Positions 9,451 through 21,782 of a stretch of 64,000 bases of DNA are shown here, piece by piece. A model generated the notes under the pieces. The model was not told the origin of the DNA. It was given only the letters and a program-made list of their open reading frames with translations, and did not search any database. The first letter of the stretch is position 1. Each line of letters opens with the position of its first letter. The DNA is from Alphaproteobacteria bacterium. Its GTDB lineage: Bacteria > Pseudomonadota > Alphaproteobacteria > CAAGCB01 > CAG-977. The position numbers were made by a program, and so were the translations under genes. Where the stretch lies: positions 75,794 through 139,793 of the forward strand of contig CAAGCY010000024.1 of NCBI GenBank assembly GCA_900768465.1. The letters are read 5' to 3'.

Positions 9451-9480
9451 GGGAAAGTCTTTTTTAGACTTTCCCTTTTT
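9451..9480 (-). terminator. hairpin terminator downstream of eno
   Basis: GGGAAAGTC, loop of 7 nt, GACTTTCCC. A U-rich tract follows on the minus strand and a T5 run on the plus strand. Confidence 0.45.
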
Positions 9481-9503
9481 GCATTAAAAAATGTGTCCAA
9501 ATC

Positions 9504-11634
<2,131 letters not shown>

Positions 11635-11661
11635 AAGGGAAACTCCTTGAATAAAGAAAAC

Positions 11662-11693
11662 AAAAAAAAAGACAGCCCGAAAGCTGTCTTTTT
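11662..11693 (-). terminator. Rho-independent terminator after secG
   Basis: GACAGC, loop CCGAAA, GCTGTC stem flanked by A9 and T5 runs; bidirectional. Confidence 0.55.
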
Positions 11694-11704
11694 CAAACAA
11701 AGCG

Positions 11705-12028
11705 TTATTTCGACGAAACGGGAACCGTCGGAACGGCGGGAGCCTGTTCGGTTTGCGCCGCAACGGGTTTCGCCATAAAGGATTCCTGCGTCTTCGCGGC
11801 TTGGCTTTTGCTCATAATCGCCAAAGTCAAGCTGGTAATCATAAAGCAAGTCGCCAGAATCGCCGTCGTGCGGGTCAGGAAGTTGCCGACGGAACGACCG
11901 GTCATGAAGCTGCTCATGCTGTTGCCGCCCAATCCGCCCAGCGCACCGCCTTCGGAACGCTGCATCAGAATGACGCAAACCAAGCAGATTGCCAAAATAA
12001 CGTGAATGACCAAAATAAATGTGTGCAT
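11705..12028 (-). CDS. secG: preprotein translocase subunit SecG
   Basis: MHTFILVIHVILAICLVCVILMQRSEGGALGG.. is a SecG signature. Confidence 0.9.
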   Translation of the reverse strand: MHTFILVIHVILAICLVCVILMQRSEGGALGGLGGNSMSSFMTGRSVGNFLTRTTAILATCFMITSLTLAIMSKSQAAKTQESFMAKPVAAQTEQAPAVPTVPVSSK

Positions 12029-12050
12029 TTCAATTCCTCTTGTTCGGAGA

Positions 12051-12806
12051 TTACAGGCAGGCTTCGATAATCGCGCGGAAATCGGCGACTTTCAAGCTTG
12101 CGCCGCCGACCAAAGCGCCGTCCACGTCGGGCAGAGCCATCAATTCTTTGGCATTAGCGGGTTTGACCGAACCGCCGTACAGCAAACGCATGCCGTCAGC
12201 GGCTTCTTTGCCCAATTTGGCGGCGACTTCGGCGCGGATGGCGGCGTGAACGTCCTCGACATCCTGCGTCGTCGGCGTGCGTCCCGTGCCGATTGCCCAA
12301 ACGGGTTCGTAAGCGATGACGACGTTTTCGGCGGTCGCTTCTTCGGGAACGGAGCCTTGGATCTGCGAACGGCAAACGTCAATCGTTTTGCCCGCATCGC
12401 GCTGCGCTTCGGTTTCGCCGATGCAGATGACGGCGGTCAATCCGTGTTTGATGACGGCGGCGGCTTTGGCTTTGACGTCCGCGTCCGTTTCATGGTGGTC
12501 GGTGCGGCGTTCGGAGTGTCCGACGATGACATAAGTTGCGCCCGCGTCTTTAATCATCGGAACGCTGATGTCGCCCGTGTGCGCGCCCGATTCGGCGGCG
12601 TGAGCATCCTGCGCCCCGACGGCGATTTTATCCTTGACGGCATCGGCGACGCCCGCGACCCACAAAGCGGGGGGGCAGACCAAAACGTCGCATTTCGGCG
12701 CGGTCAATCCCGCGTAAAAATCGGCGATTCCCGTTGCCAAAGCAATCCCTTCGGCACGCAGTTCGTTCATTTTCCAGTTGCCGGCGACTAAAGGACGTCT
12801 GTTCAT
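12051..12806 (-). CDS. tpiA: triosephosphate isomerase
   Basis: PLVAGNWKMN, IAYEPVWAIGTG and GGASL motifs. Start at the ATG at 12806, which has a GGAG RBS. Confidence 0.9.
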   Translation of the reverse strand: MNRRPLVAGNWKMNELRAEGIALATGIADFYAGLTAPKCDVLVCPPALWVAGVADAVKDKIAVGAQDAHAAESGAHTGDISVPMIKDAGATYVIVGHSERRTDHHETDADVKAKAAAVIKHGLTAVICIGETEAQRDAGKTIDVCRSQIQGSVPEEATAENVVIAYEPVWAIGTGRTPTTQDVEDVHAAIRAEVAAKLGKEAADGMRLLYGGSVKPANAKELMALPDVDGALVGGASLKVADFRAIIEACL

Positions 12807-12978
12807 TGATGAATACTCCATTCAAGTTAAAACGTAAATTTGCTTTCAGGTGTACCACAAGCCGCGCGTTTAAAAAAGCATTAAAATGCGTTCAAAGCGT
12901 CTTTTTGTATAAAAAGGCTGTTGCCATTATCCCGCGCAGACTTTATTATCGGCGTAACTTTATATAAAGGATAAACCG

Positions 12979-14880
12979 ATGTTAAAATTTTTCCGTGATC
13001 AAAAAGACAGCTGGCTGGTCAAAGGCATTTTGATTCTGACGGCGTTGAGCTTTATGTCTTTGTTCGGCATCCAAGGGATGAGCGAAATGCGCATCCGCAA
13101 CCGCCCCGTGGCGACGTTGAAAGGAAAATCGCTGACTATCCAAGACTTTTTGAACGAATACAACCGCAATATCGAAATGTTGCGCCGCCTGTCGAACGGT
13201 GAATTTTCCACCGCCGCCGCCAACGAAAGCGGACTGCCGATGCGCACGCTGACCGAAATGGCTTCGCGCGCCGTTCTGGAACGCGTCGTCGACACCATGC
13301 GTTTGACGGTGTCCGAGGACGACGTCCGCGAAAACGTCCGCAATATGGCGGCTTTTTCGGGATACGACGGCGAATTCGATATGGGCGTCTTCAAAGAATA
13401 CCTGCAAAACACGGGCAAAACGGAAAACCAGTTCATTTCCGAAATGTTTCTGCAGATGAAATCCGACCAGCTGCTGGAAGCGGTCAAAGCGTCCGCCGTC
13501 GTGCCGCAGGACATCGCCAAAATGATGTACCGCCTGTACGGCGACACACGCGTTGCCGACGTGTTCACCGTCAACCCCGCCGACATCAAAATTACGAAAA
13601 AACCGACCGCCGAAGAACTGCAGGCGACGTACGAAGGCATGACCGACGACTTGATTGCTCCCGAATACCGTTCGATTTCCGTTATGGCTTTGACGGTTGA
13701 CGACGTGGCGGCGAAAATCAAAATCACGGACGACGAACTGCGCGAGGCTTTCGCGGAAAACAAAGACGCTTATACAATCGAGGAAATCCGCGACGTCGAC
13801 CAAATGCTGTTCGTGTCCGAAGACGAGGCGAAAGAAGCCGACAAAGCTTTGAAATCGGGCAAATCCTTTGAACAAGTCGCCAAAGACATCGCCAAACAGA
13901 CGCCCGAACAGACTCATTTGGGCGACATCACGCCGTCCACCGCGACGGGCGATTGGTCGGACGCCGTCTTTGCCGCCAAAAAAGGCGCAATCGTCGGTCC
14001 CGTGCAGACATCTTTCGGCTGGCAGATTTTGCGCGTGAACAAAATCACGCCTAAAATCGAAAAATCCTTTGCCGACGTCAAAGGCGATCTGGAATCCAAA
14101 ATGAAAGCCGCTTTGGCGTTCGACACGATGGCGGAACGTTCCGTCGCTTTGGACGACCGCTTGGGCGCGGGCGAATCTTTGGAAGACGTCGCCGCATCCG
14201 AAGGATTGGCTGTCAAAAAAGTTCTTCATGTCGATTCGACGGGAACGGACGCGAACGGCAAAGCCGTCGATTTGCCCAAAAACGTCCTTGCCATCGCGTT
14301 CATGAGCGACAAAGGACAGGTTTCCCCGATGATTGAAGAAGGCGACGCCTACTACGTCGTGCGCGTGGACGCCGTTATCGAACCCGCGGTGAAAAGCCTT
14401 GAAACCGCCAAAGCCGAAGTCGTCGCCGCATGGACGGCTGACGCGCAGAAAGCCGCAGCGCGCAAGCTGGCTCAAACCGTCAAAGAACGTTTGGAAAAAG
14501 GCGAAAAAGCCGCTTTGGTCGCCAAAACGAAAAACGTTTCGTACGAACGCAGGACGGATGTCAGCCGATTCGACAACAAACTGCCGCAAATCATCCGTTA
14601 CGCGCTGTTTACGCAGCCCGTCGGTGCGGTGTCGTCAACCCCCGCGGACGGCAAATACATTGTTGCCAAGTCAATCAAAGCCGTTCCCGTCAATCCCGAA
14701 ACGGATTTGAAAGGCGTTGAAAAAACGCGCAGACTACTGACCAAAGAAGCGGCGGATGAACGCGCCAACGCGGTTTTGGCGGCGTTCGGCGAAGATTTCA
14801 AGCTGACTCTTAAAGAAGACGCGGTGAAAGAAGCGTTTTCGATAGTGACGAAAACTTCAAGCGTCGAAGAAGACTACTAA
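12979..14880 (+). CDS. ppiD: periplasmic chaperone PpiD (SurA-like PPIase domain protein)
   Basis: N-terminal TM anchor and PpiD-like organisation with a parvulin-type PPIase region. Confidence 0.8.
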   Translation: MLKFFRDQKDSWLVKGILILTALSFMSLFGIQGMSEMRIRNRPVATLKGKSLTIQDFLNEYNRNIEMLRRLSNGEFSTAAANESGLPMRTLTEMASRAVLERVVDTMRLTVSEDDVRENVRNMAAFSGYDGEFDMGVFKEYLQNTGKTENQFISEMFLQMKSDQLLEAVKASAVVPQDIAKMMYRLYGDTRVADVFTVNPADIKITKKPTAEELQATYEGMTDDLIAPEYRSISVMALTVDDVAAKIKITDDELREAFAENKDAYTIEEIRDVDQMLFVSEDEAKEADKALKSGKSFEQVAKDIAKQTPEQTHLGDITPSTATGDWSDAVFAAKKGAIVGPVQTSFGWQILRVNKITPKIEKSFADVKGDLESKMKAALAFDTMAERSVALDDRLGAGESLEDVAASEGLAVKKVLHVDSTGTDANGKAVDLPKNVLAIAFMSDKGQVSPMIEEGDAYYVVRVDAVIEPAVKSLETAKAEVVAAWTADAQKAAARKLAQTVKERLEKGEKAALVAKTKNVSYERRTDVSRFDNKLPQIIRYALFTQPVGAVSSTPADGKYIVAKSIKAVPVNPETDLKGVEKTRRLLTKEAADERANAVLAAFGEDFKLTLKEDAVKEAFSIVTKTSSVEEDY

Positions 14881-14885
14881 TCGAA

Positions 14886-14916
14886 AAAGGCTCGGAGAAA
14901 TCCGAGCCTTTCTTTT
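14886..14916. terminator. bidirectional terminator between the convergent ppiD and pepF
   Basis: GGCTCGGA, GAAA loop, TCCGAGCC, flanked by AAA and TTTCTTTT. Confidence 0.7.
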
Positions 14917-16735
14917 ATCTGCCGACCGTTCGGCTTTGTTTTATAACAGCGGCGTTTCGATTTTGCGTCAAATCCGGCGTCAGCTGTTCCAGCTTGTCGA
15001 CGTAACCTTTCATCATGCCCAATCCCTGTTTCCAAAAATCGGGTTTGGAAACGTCCAGCCCGAACGGTTTTAACAGCTTGTCGGGGCGTTCGGCAGCCCC
15101 TTTTGCAAGCATTTCCTTGTATTTTTTGGGAAAGTCCGCGATTTTGCCGTCCTTGTATACCTGATACAGCGACGACGTCATACATTCTCCGTAAGCATAG
15201 CCGTACACATAAAACGGTGTTTTCAGCAAATGCGGCACATCCGCCCAGCACGACGAAGACCGTTCATCGTTAATCACGGCAGGTCCCATCATTTTTTGCT
15301 GAGCGTTCGTCCATGCGCTGTTAATTTCGGGAACGGAAACCGCACCCTTTTCCCGTACGGTGTTGTGAATGTCTTCCTCATAGTGATGCAAAGCGATTTG
15401 CCGGAACGTGGTCAGCATGACGCGGTTCATTTTGTCCGACAGCAAAGCGAAGCGTTGTTTCGGGTCTTTTTCACGCTTCAGCAAAGTGTCGAATGCCAGC
15501 ATTTCCCCGAAAATCGAGGCAGTTTCCTCTGTCGTTACGGGCATTTGCATCCCAAGCGAACCTTGTTTTTTCGCCAATTCGTAGTGGATGCCGTGTCCCA
15601 ATTCGTGCGCCAAAGCCAGAACGTCGTTCGTCGTGCCGCCAAAGCTCATTTTGATATACGGTTTGCCGTTAGCAATCGGCATTGCGTATTCCCCCGGTTC
15701 CTTGTTCGGGCGGGGTTCGGCGTCAATCCGTTTTTCGTCAAAGAATCCGCGCGCAATTTCGCCCATTTCCTTGTCAAAGGAATCGTATGCCGACAGCACG
15801 ATGTCTTTGGCTTCGTCAAACGTATAGCGGCGCGGTTTGATGCCGCTGACGGGCGCGTTTCTGTCCCAGTAGCCGATTTTGTCGCGTCCCGCCCATTTTG
15901 CCTTGAGCGCATAATAGCGATGCGCGACCGCGGGCATGGCTTCGTCAACGGAAGACACCAAAGCGGCAACGACGGCGTTATCGATTTGATTGGATTTGTT
16001 ACGCGATTCGACGGGGGATTTGAAGCCCTGTTTTTCATCGGAAAACGCTTTGTTTTTCGCAACGGTGTTGACGACCGAAGCAAAGATGTCTGCTTTGCTT
16101 TTATAGCCGTCGTTCATTGCCAGTCCCGCCTTGTACCGTTGTGTTTCGTCGTCGGAGTACGCCATGGCGTACAAGTCGCTTGAGGTTGTTTTTTTGCCGT
16201 TCAGCGTGAAGTCAATTTCGTCTGCGGTTTTGTCGTACAGCATCAGGGCTTTTTGGGTTTCGGCGGCGTTTTTATCAAGCTGCGCCAAAGTCTTGCCGTC
16301 CAAATCCACCCTGTCCGCGCGCACCCGTTCAATCCAAAATCCGTATTTGCGCGCCGTTTCGTCCGTCATCAGGCGGTTCAGGGCTTCATCGGACAAATCG
16401 GCGATTTCGGCTTCGAAAAAATCCGTTTTGCTCAGAATGGCGTTCGTCCGCGCCTGCGTTTTTTCATAAAAAGCGACGTTGCGCTTGTCAGCCCTGTCCG
16501 CCGTGTAAACCATTTCCGCAAAAACGCTGACTTTATCGGTTTTGGCGTTCAACCTGTCATAATCCGCAATCATTTTGCCGAAATCGGCGGGGCGCATGGC
16601 GGCGATTTTTCCCTGACCGCGCAGGGCGAATCTGCGTGCCTGCATGGCAGCGGCAGACAAATCTTTGCCGATTTGCGGATCGTCAATCGATTGATACAGC
16701 GGGGTTAAGTCCCAGCGCGGCGGCGTGTGCTTCAT
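14915..16735 (-). CDS. pepF: oligoendopeptidase F (M3 family)
   Basis: HELGHGIH zinc motif and PepF-like length. Start at the ATG at 16735 with an AGGAG RBS; the track ORF is 27 aa longer. Confidence 0.85.
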   Translation of the reverse strand: MKHTPPRWDLTPLYQSIDDPQIGKDLSAAAMQARRFALRGQGKIAAMRPADFGKMIADYDRLNAKTDKVSVFAEMVYTADRADKRNVAFYEKTQARTNAILSKTDFFEAEIADLSDEALNRLMTDETARKYGFWIERVRADRVDLDGKTLAQLDKNAAETQKALMLYDKTADEIDFTLNGKKTTSSDLYAMAYSDDETQRYKAGLAMNDGYKSKADIFASVVNTVAKNKAFSDEKQGFKSPVESRNKSNQIDNAVVAALVSSVDEAMPAVAHRYYALKAKWAGRDKIGYWDRNAPVSGIKPRRYTFDEAKDIVLSAYDSFDKEMGEIARGFFDEKRIDAEPRPNKEPGEYAMPIANGKPYIKMSFGGTTNDVLALAHELGHGIHYELAKKQGSLGMQMPVTTEETASIFGEMLAFDTLLKREKDPKQRFALLSDKMNRVMLTTFRQIALHHYEEDIHNTVREKGAVSVPEINSAWTNAQQKMMGPAVINDERSSSCWADVPHLLKTPFYVYGYAYGECMTSSLYQVYKDGKIADFPKKYKEMLAKGAAERPDKLLKPFGLDVSKPDFWKQGLGMMKGYVDKLEQLTPDLTQNRNAAVIKQSRTVGR

Positions 16736-16850
16736 GTTTTTCGCTCCTGATTTTCTTTGTATATCACAAAAAGGAAAAACGGACAAGCATGACATAAAAA
16801 ACAAGCGGCTTGCCAAAGCAAACCGCCCGTTTTTTTTAACTGTGAACAGC

Positions 16851-17123
16851 TTAGTTCACGGCGTCCTTCAAGCCTTTGCCGGCTTTGAATTTCGGCTGTT
16901 TGGAAGCCGGAATGTTGATTTTGGCGCCCGTGCGGGGGTTGCGGCCTTCGGTCGCAGCGCGCGTGGCAATGCTGAACGTGCCGAAGCCGACCAAACGGAC
17001 TTCGTCACCTTTTTTCAAAGCGCCTTCAACGGCGTTCAAAAAAGCGTCGACGGATTTGGCAGCGTCCGTTTTGGACAAACCGGTGTTTTTAGCTACTTCA
17101 GCTACGAGATCATTTTTATTCAC
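16851..17123 (-). CDS. hupB: DNA-binding protein HU
   Basis: MNKNDLVAEVAK..GFGTF..RNPRTG.. is an HU/IHF fold signature. Confidence 0.9.
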   Translation of the reverse strand: MNKNDLVAEVAKNTGLSKTDAAKSVDAFLNAVEGALKKGDEVRLVGFGTFSIATRAATEGRNPRTGAKINIPASKQPKFKAGKGLKDAVN

Positions 17124-17249
17124 TTGAGGACTCCCTCTAAAAAATTAAAGTTTAACTTCGATCCGTTTTTCCGAATCTAATGCCGATTTTAAAACAATCT
17201 TTTTAACCGCGTCAATCAAAAAAACGTTGCATTTCCGCCCTTTTTCGCA

Positions 17250-17277
17250 AAAAGCCCCCCTTTTTCGGGGGGCTTTC
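17250..17277 (-). terminator. Rho-independent terminator after serC
   Basis: GCCCCCC, loop, GGGGGGC hairpin followed by a U-run on the minus strand. Confidence 0.5.
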
Positions 17278-17284
17278 GCTTCTG

Positions 17285-18433
17285 TTAACCGTTTTTCACC
17301 GTTCGGTACGCCCAATCCAGCCAAGCGCAAAGCTTTTCAACATCAGCCGTTTCGACCGTCGCGCCGCACCAAACGCGCAATCCCGCGGGGGCGTCCTTGT
17401 ACGAACCGCAGTCATACGCCGCGCCTTCGTCGCCCAACAGCTTGACCATTTTTTTGCAAAACGCTTTCCGATCGTCCGCGGACAGCTGTTCAAACCACGG
17501 CGCTTTGATTTTCAGGCAAACCGACGTGTTCGAACGGTATTCGGCGTTGTCCGCCAGAAAATCCGCCCAATCCGACGCGGCAACGAATTTTTCCAACACT
17601 TTAAAGTTATTGACCGACCGCGCAATCAGCCCTTTCAAGCCGCCGACCGATTTGCCCCAGTTCAAAGCGTCAATGATGTCTTCCACACAAAGCATGGACG
17701 GCGTGTTAATCGTGTCGCCGACAAAAATGCCTTCGTTGATTTTGCCGTCTTTTTTCATGCGGAAAATCTTGGGCATCGGCCACGCGGGGTCATAGCTTTC
17801 CAGCCGTTCGACGGCGCGGGGGCTTAACACCAGAACACCGTGAGCCGCTTCGCCGCCCAAAGCTTTCTGCCACGAAAAAGTAACAACGTCCAGCTTGTCC
17901 CACGGCAGTTCCATGGCAAAAGCGGCGGATGTCGCGTCGCAAATCGTCAGCCCTTTGCGGTCGTCGGCAATCCAATCGCCGTTCGGGACGCAAACGCCCG
18001 ACGTCGTGCCGTTCCACGCGAACACGATGTCGCGGTCTTTGTCGGCTTGGGTCAAATCGGGCAGCTTGCCGTACGGCGCGTCAAAGATTCGCACATCGGA
18101 CAGCTTCAGCTGTTTGGTGATGTCCACGCCCCAGCCTTTGCCGAACGTTTCCCACGAAAACACGTCAACGCCGCGCGGTCCCAGCAAAGACCACAAAGCG
18201 GCTTCCACCGCGCCCGTGTCCGACGCGGGCATAATGCCGACGCGGTAGGATTCGGGAATTTCCAGCACTTCTTTCATCAAATCGATGGCAAGCTTCAGGC
18301 GTTCATGCCCCAAAGCCGAACGGTGCGACCGCCCCAAGTCATTCAAAAACAGGTTTTTCGCGTCCCAGTTCGGACGTTTGGCGCAAGGACCCGACGAAAA
18401 ATTCGGGCAAGCGGGTTTTGTTTCGGGTTTCAT
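17285..18433 (-). CDS. serC: phosphoserine aminotransferase (Methanosarcina/alphaproteobacterial subtype)
   Basis: N-terminus [17 protein letters not shown] and full length of 382 aa. Confidence 0.85.
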   Translation of the reverse strand: MKPETKPACPNFSSGPCAKRPNWDAKNLFLNDLGRSHRSALGHERLKLAIDLMKEVLEIPESYRVGIMPASDTGAVEAALWSLLGPRGVDVFSWETFGKGWGVDITKQLKLSDVRIFDAPYGKLPDLTQADKDRDIVFAWNGTTSGVCVPNGDWIADDRKGLTICDATSAAFAMELPWDKLDVVTFSWQKALGGEAAHGVLVLSPRAVERLESYDPAWPMPKIFRMKKDGKINEGIFVGDTINTPSMLCVEDIIDALNWGKSVGGLKGLIARSVNNFKVLEKFVAASDWADFLADNAEYRSNTSVCLKIKAPWFEQLSADDRKAFCKKMVKLLGDEGAAYDCGSYKDAPAGLRVWCGATVETADVEKLCAWLDWAYRTVKNG

Positions 18434-18444
18434 ATTTTGTCCTT

Positions 18445-19821
18445 TCAGCGAGCTTCCAAAGCGGCGACTTCGGCGACCAAAGCGTCGGCGATTTCATCCG
18501 CCATGGCTTTGATTTGGTCGCGGTTTTCGCCCTCGAGCATAATGCGGATAAGCGGTTCCGTCCCCGACGCGCGGATAAGCAGCCGCCCGCTGTCGCCCAG
18601 CGTGCGCTCCGTTTTGTCGATGACGATTTTCAAACTGTCGCTTTCCAAAGCGGTTTTGGCAAGCGTTCTGTCCGACAAGCGAACATTCTTCAGCAGTTGA
18701 GGCACGGGTTCAAACAAATGCATGACTTCGCTGACGGGGCGTTTTTCTTTCAAAACGGCGGCGCAAACCTGCAAAGCTGCGACCAGTCCGTCGCCCGTCG
18801 TCGAATGTTCGCCCAAAATCAAATGTCCCGACTGTTCGCCGCCCAAGTTGTAGCCGTCTTCGCGCATTTTTTCAACGACGTAACGGTCGCCGACTTTCGT
18901 GCGGATGTGGTTCATGCCGTTGGCTTTCAAATAGCGTTCCAGCCCCAAGTTGGACATCACGGTCGTGACAACGCCGTTGCCTTTCAGAATGCCCGCCTGC
19001 TTCCATTCGCGGCTGACCAAAGCCAAAATCTGGTCGCCGTCGATGACTTGTCCCTTTTCGTCGCAGACAATCAGGCGGTCGGCGTCGCCGTCCAAAGCAA
19101 TGCCGATATCCGCGCCGTGCTTGACGACTTCGTCGCACATGCGGTCGGTATGCACCGCGCCGCAGTTGTCGTTGATGTTGCGGCCGTCGGGATCAACGCC
19201 GATAGCGATGACTTCCGCGCCCAATTCGTACAAAACGGTCGGAGCGACACGATACGACGCGCCGTTCGCGCAGTCCAGAACGACTTTCAGCCCTTCCAGC
19301 ATTTTGCCGCGCGGGAACGTTTGTTTCACGTATTCGATATAGCGCCCGATAGCGTCGTCCAAACGCTTCGCCTGCCCGATTTGCGACGACGGGGCAAGAT
19401 ATTCACAGACATCGCCTAGCACGCGGGATTCGATTTCCAGTTCGGTTTCATCGGACAGCTTGTAGCCGTCGGGACCGAAGAATTTAATGCCGTTGTCCTC
19501 GTAAGGATTATGCGACGCCGAAATCACCACGCCCAAATCGGCGCGCATCGAACGGGTCAGCATCGCCACCGCGGGCGTGGGCATGGGACCCAACAGCAAA
19601 ACATCCATACCGACGGCGGTAAAGCCCGATGTCAGCGCGGTTTCAATCATATAGCCCGACAAACGGGTGTCTTTGCCGATAACGACGCGGCTGCGGTGTT
19701 CGCCTTTTTTGAACAAAGACCCCGCCGCAATGCCCAGTTTCAAAGCGATTTCAGCCGTCATCGGATATTGATTCGCTTTTCCCCGAACCCCGTCCGTGCC
19801 GAATAATTTGCGTACTGCCAT
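18445..19821 (-). CDS. glmM: phosphoglucosamine mutase
   Basis: FGTDGVRG, the active-site serine loop SASHNP and full length. It lies 11 nt upstream of serC in the same operon. Confidence 0.9.
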   Translation of the reverse strand: MAVRKLFGTDGVRGKANQYPMTAEIALKLGIAAGSLFKKGEHRSRVVIGKDTRLSGYMIETALTSGFTAVGMDVLLLGPMPTPAVAMLTRSMRADLGVVISASHNPYEDNGIKFFGPDGYKLSDETELEIESRVLGDVCEYLAPSSQIGQAKRLDDAIGRYIEYVKQTFPRGKMLEGLKVVLDCANGASYRVAPTVLYELGAEVIAIGVDPDGRNINDNCGAVHTDRMCDEVVKHGADIGIALDGDADRLIVCDEKGQVIDGDQILALVSREWKQAGILKGNGVVTTVMSNLGLERYLKANGMNHIRTKVGDRYVVEKMREDGYNLGGEQSGHLILGEHSTTGDGLVAALQVCAAVLKEKRPVSEVMHLFEPVPQLLKNVRLSDRTLAKTALESDSLKIVIDKTERTLGDSGRLLIRASGTEPLIRIMLEGENRDQIKAMADEIADALVAEVAALEAR

Positions 19822-19900
19822 AATAAAACTCCTTTTACGGTCGAATGGACTTTGTTTTAAGCAAATCGACCCTAAAGCTCAATACACTTTTGGTTACAAT

Positions 19901-21775
19901 TTATTCCGCCGGCTGTTCGTCGTCATCGTCCGTTACGGGAACGGTCGACCGCGCGGAAATGTGAACGCCCTCTTCCTCGCGGGTGATTTTTTCGCCTTTT
20001 ATCAAAGCGTGAACCTCATCCGCCGTCAGGGTTTCGTATTCCAGCAGCCCTTGCGCGATACGTTCCAGTTCGTCGCGTTTTTCATGCAGAACGGATTGGC
20101 AATGCGCATACGCCTCGTCAATCAAAGCCTTGATTTCCGCATCGACCCGCGCCGCCAGTTCTTCGGACACGTTTTTGCGCTGGGAAATCGAATAGCCCAA
20201 GAACACTTCGCCGTCGGGTTCTTCGACCGCGATGGGACCGATTTCCTTGTTCATGCCCCATTGGGTAACCATGCTGCGCGCGATGTTCGTCGCCACGCGG
20301 ATGTCCTGCGACGCGCCCGTCGACACGTTTTGCGCGCCGAAAATCATTTCTTCCGCCACACGTCCGCCGAAACAAATGCCCATGCGTTCTTTCAAGTAGA
20401 TGTACGACCGCGAATCCTTGTCGTCCGTCGGCAAAGACATCGTTACACCCAGCGCCCTGCCGCGCGGAATGATGGTGACTTTGTGCAGCGGATCGGAATG
20501 AGGCGATTCCAGCATCATCAACGCGTGTCCCGCTTCGTGATAAGCGGTCAGTTTCTTGTCGTCTTCGGTCATAATATGGGATTTGCGTTCCGCGCCCATC
20601 ATGACTTTGTCCTTGGCGTATTCAAATTCCGCCATCGTAACCACGCGCTTGTTGCGGCGCGCCGCCAGCAAAGCCGCTTCGTTGACCAAATTCGCCAAAT
20701 CCGCACCCGAAAATCCGGGAGTGCCGCGCGCGATTTTCTTCGCATCGACATCGGGTCCCATCGGGCTTTTCTTCATATGCACCAATAGAATTTTCTCGCG
20801 TCCCGCCAAATCGGGGTTCGGCACGACGACCTGACGGTCGAAACGACCGGGGCGCAGCAAAGCGGGGTCAAGCACGTCGGGACGGTTCGTCGCGGCAATC
20901 AGAATCACCGCTTCGTTCGTGTCAAAGCCGTCCATTTCGACCAACAGCTGGTTCAGCGTCTGTTCGCGTTCGTCGTTGCCGCCTCCCAATCCCGCGCCGC
21001 GGTGACGCCCGACCGCGTCGATTTCGTCGATAAAGACCAGACAAGGCGCGTGTTTTTTGGCTTGTTCAAACATATCGCGCACACGCGACGCGCCGACGCC
21101 GACGAACATTTCAACAAAATCGGAACCCGAAATCGTAAAGAACGGCACGTTCGCTTCGCCCGCAATCGCTTTCGCCAGCAGCGTCTTGCCCGTCCCCGGA
21201 GGTCCGACCAGCAACACGCCGCGGGGGATTTTTCCGCCCAAGCGCTGGAACCGTTCGGGGTCTTTCAAATAATCGACGATTTCGACCAAATCTTCTTTGG
21301 CTTCGTCAATGCCCGCGACATCGGCGAAAGTGACTTTGCCCTGCCCCTCTATCATGCGGGCGCGGGATTTGCCGAAGCTCATCGCCTTGCCGTTGCCCGC
21401 CGCCATTTGGCGCATAAAGAACACCCACACGCCGATGAACAAAATGAACGGCAGCCAGTACACAACCCCCGCCCAGAACGAGCTTTCGCCCTCCAGCGGA
21501 ACGGCGGTGACGCGCACGTTCTTTTCCAACAGCATGGGGACCAATCCCGCGTCGTCGGGAGCATACAGCGCGAACTTGCGCCCGTCGGTCAGCTGACCCG
21601 CGATTTTGTTGCCCTGCAAGACGACTTCCTGCACTTTGCCGTCCTGCACCTGTTGCGTAAATTCGGAAAAAGCCAGCGGCGCCGCGGTGCGGTTCGCCGC
21701 CCCGCCCGAATAGGAATCGTACAGCGTAAACAGCAGCACACCGACAATCAGCCAAACAAATATGTTTTTGTTCAA
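19901..21775 (-). CDS. ftsH: ATP-dependent zinc metalloprotease FtsH
   Basis: Walker A GPPGTGKT, the SRH region, the HEAGHAL zinc motif and two N-terminal TM segments. Confidence 0.95.
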   Translation of the reverse strand: MNKNIFVWLIVGVLLFTLYDSYSGGAANRTAAPLAFSEFTQQVQDGKVQEVVLQGNKIAGQLTDGRKFALYAPDDAGLVPMLLEKNVRVTAVPLEGESSFWAGVVYWLPFILFIGVWVFFMRQMAAGNGKAMSFGKSRARMIEGQGKVTFADVAGIDEAKEDLVEIVDYLKDPERFQRLGGKIPRGVLLVGPPGTGKTLLAKAIAGEANVPFFTISGSDFVEMFVGVGASRVRDMFEQAKKHAPCLVFIDEIDAVGRHRGAGLGGGNDEREQTLNQLLVEMDGFDTNEAVILIAATNRPDVLDPALLRPGRFDRQVVVPNPDLAGREKILLVHMKKSPMGPDVDAKKIARGTPGFSGADLANLVNEAALLAARRNKRVVTMAEFEYAKDKVMMGAERKSHIMTEDDKKLTAYHEAGHALMMLESPHSDPLHKVTIIPRGRALGVTMSLPTDDKDSRSYIYLKERMGICFGGRVAEEMIFGAQNVSTGASQDIRVATNIARSMVTQWGMNKEIGPIAVEEPDGEVFLGYSISQRKNVSEELAARVDAEIKALIDEAYAHCQSVLHEKRDELERIAQGLLEYETLTADEVHALIKGEKITREEEGVHISARSTVPVTDDDDEQPAE

Positions 21776-21782
21776 ATCAACC

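Noticed and set aside
12982-14589. 535-aa minus-strand ORF inside ppiD. Similar long antisense ORFs in the track are 9630-10595 (in eno), 15230-16183 (in pepF), 18418-19419 and 17840-18700 (in serC/glmM), 19796-20788 and 21002-21937 (in ftsH), 25073-26266 (in tolB), 35386-36072 and 36184-36990 (in HD-GYP), 44545-45774 (in the M20 gene), 46963-48123 (in the DUF2157 gene), 57014-59617 (867 aa, in asmA) and 62719-63762 (in deoA).
   Set aside because: All lie antisense to genes with strong, full-length family matches. Their translations are Arg/Gly/Phe/Val-rich low-complexity sequence typical of shadow frames in GC-rich DNA. None has a plausible RBS or start context.
16800-16845. Hairpin plus T-run reading as a plus-strand terminator between pepF and hupB
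   Set aside because: No plus-strand gene ends upstream of it. On the minus strand, after hupB, it lacks a following U-run. Left unannotated as ambiguous.
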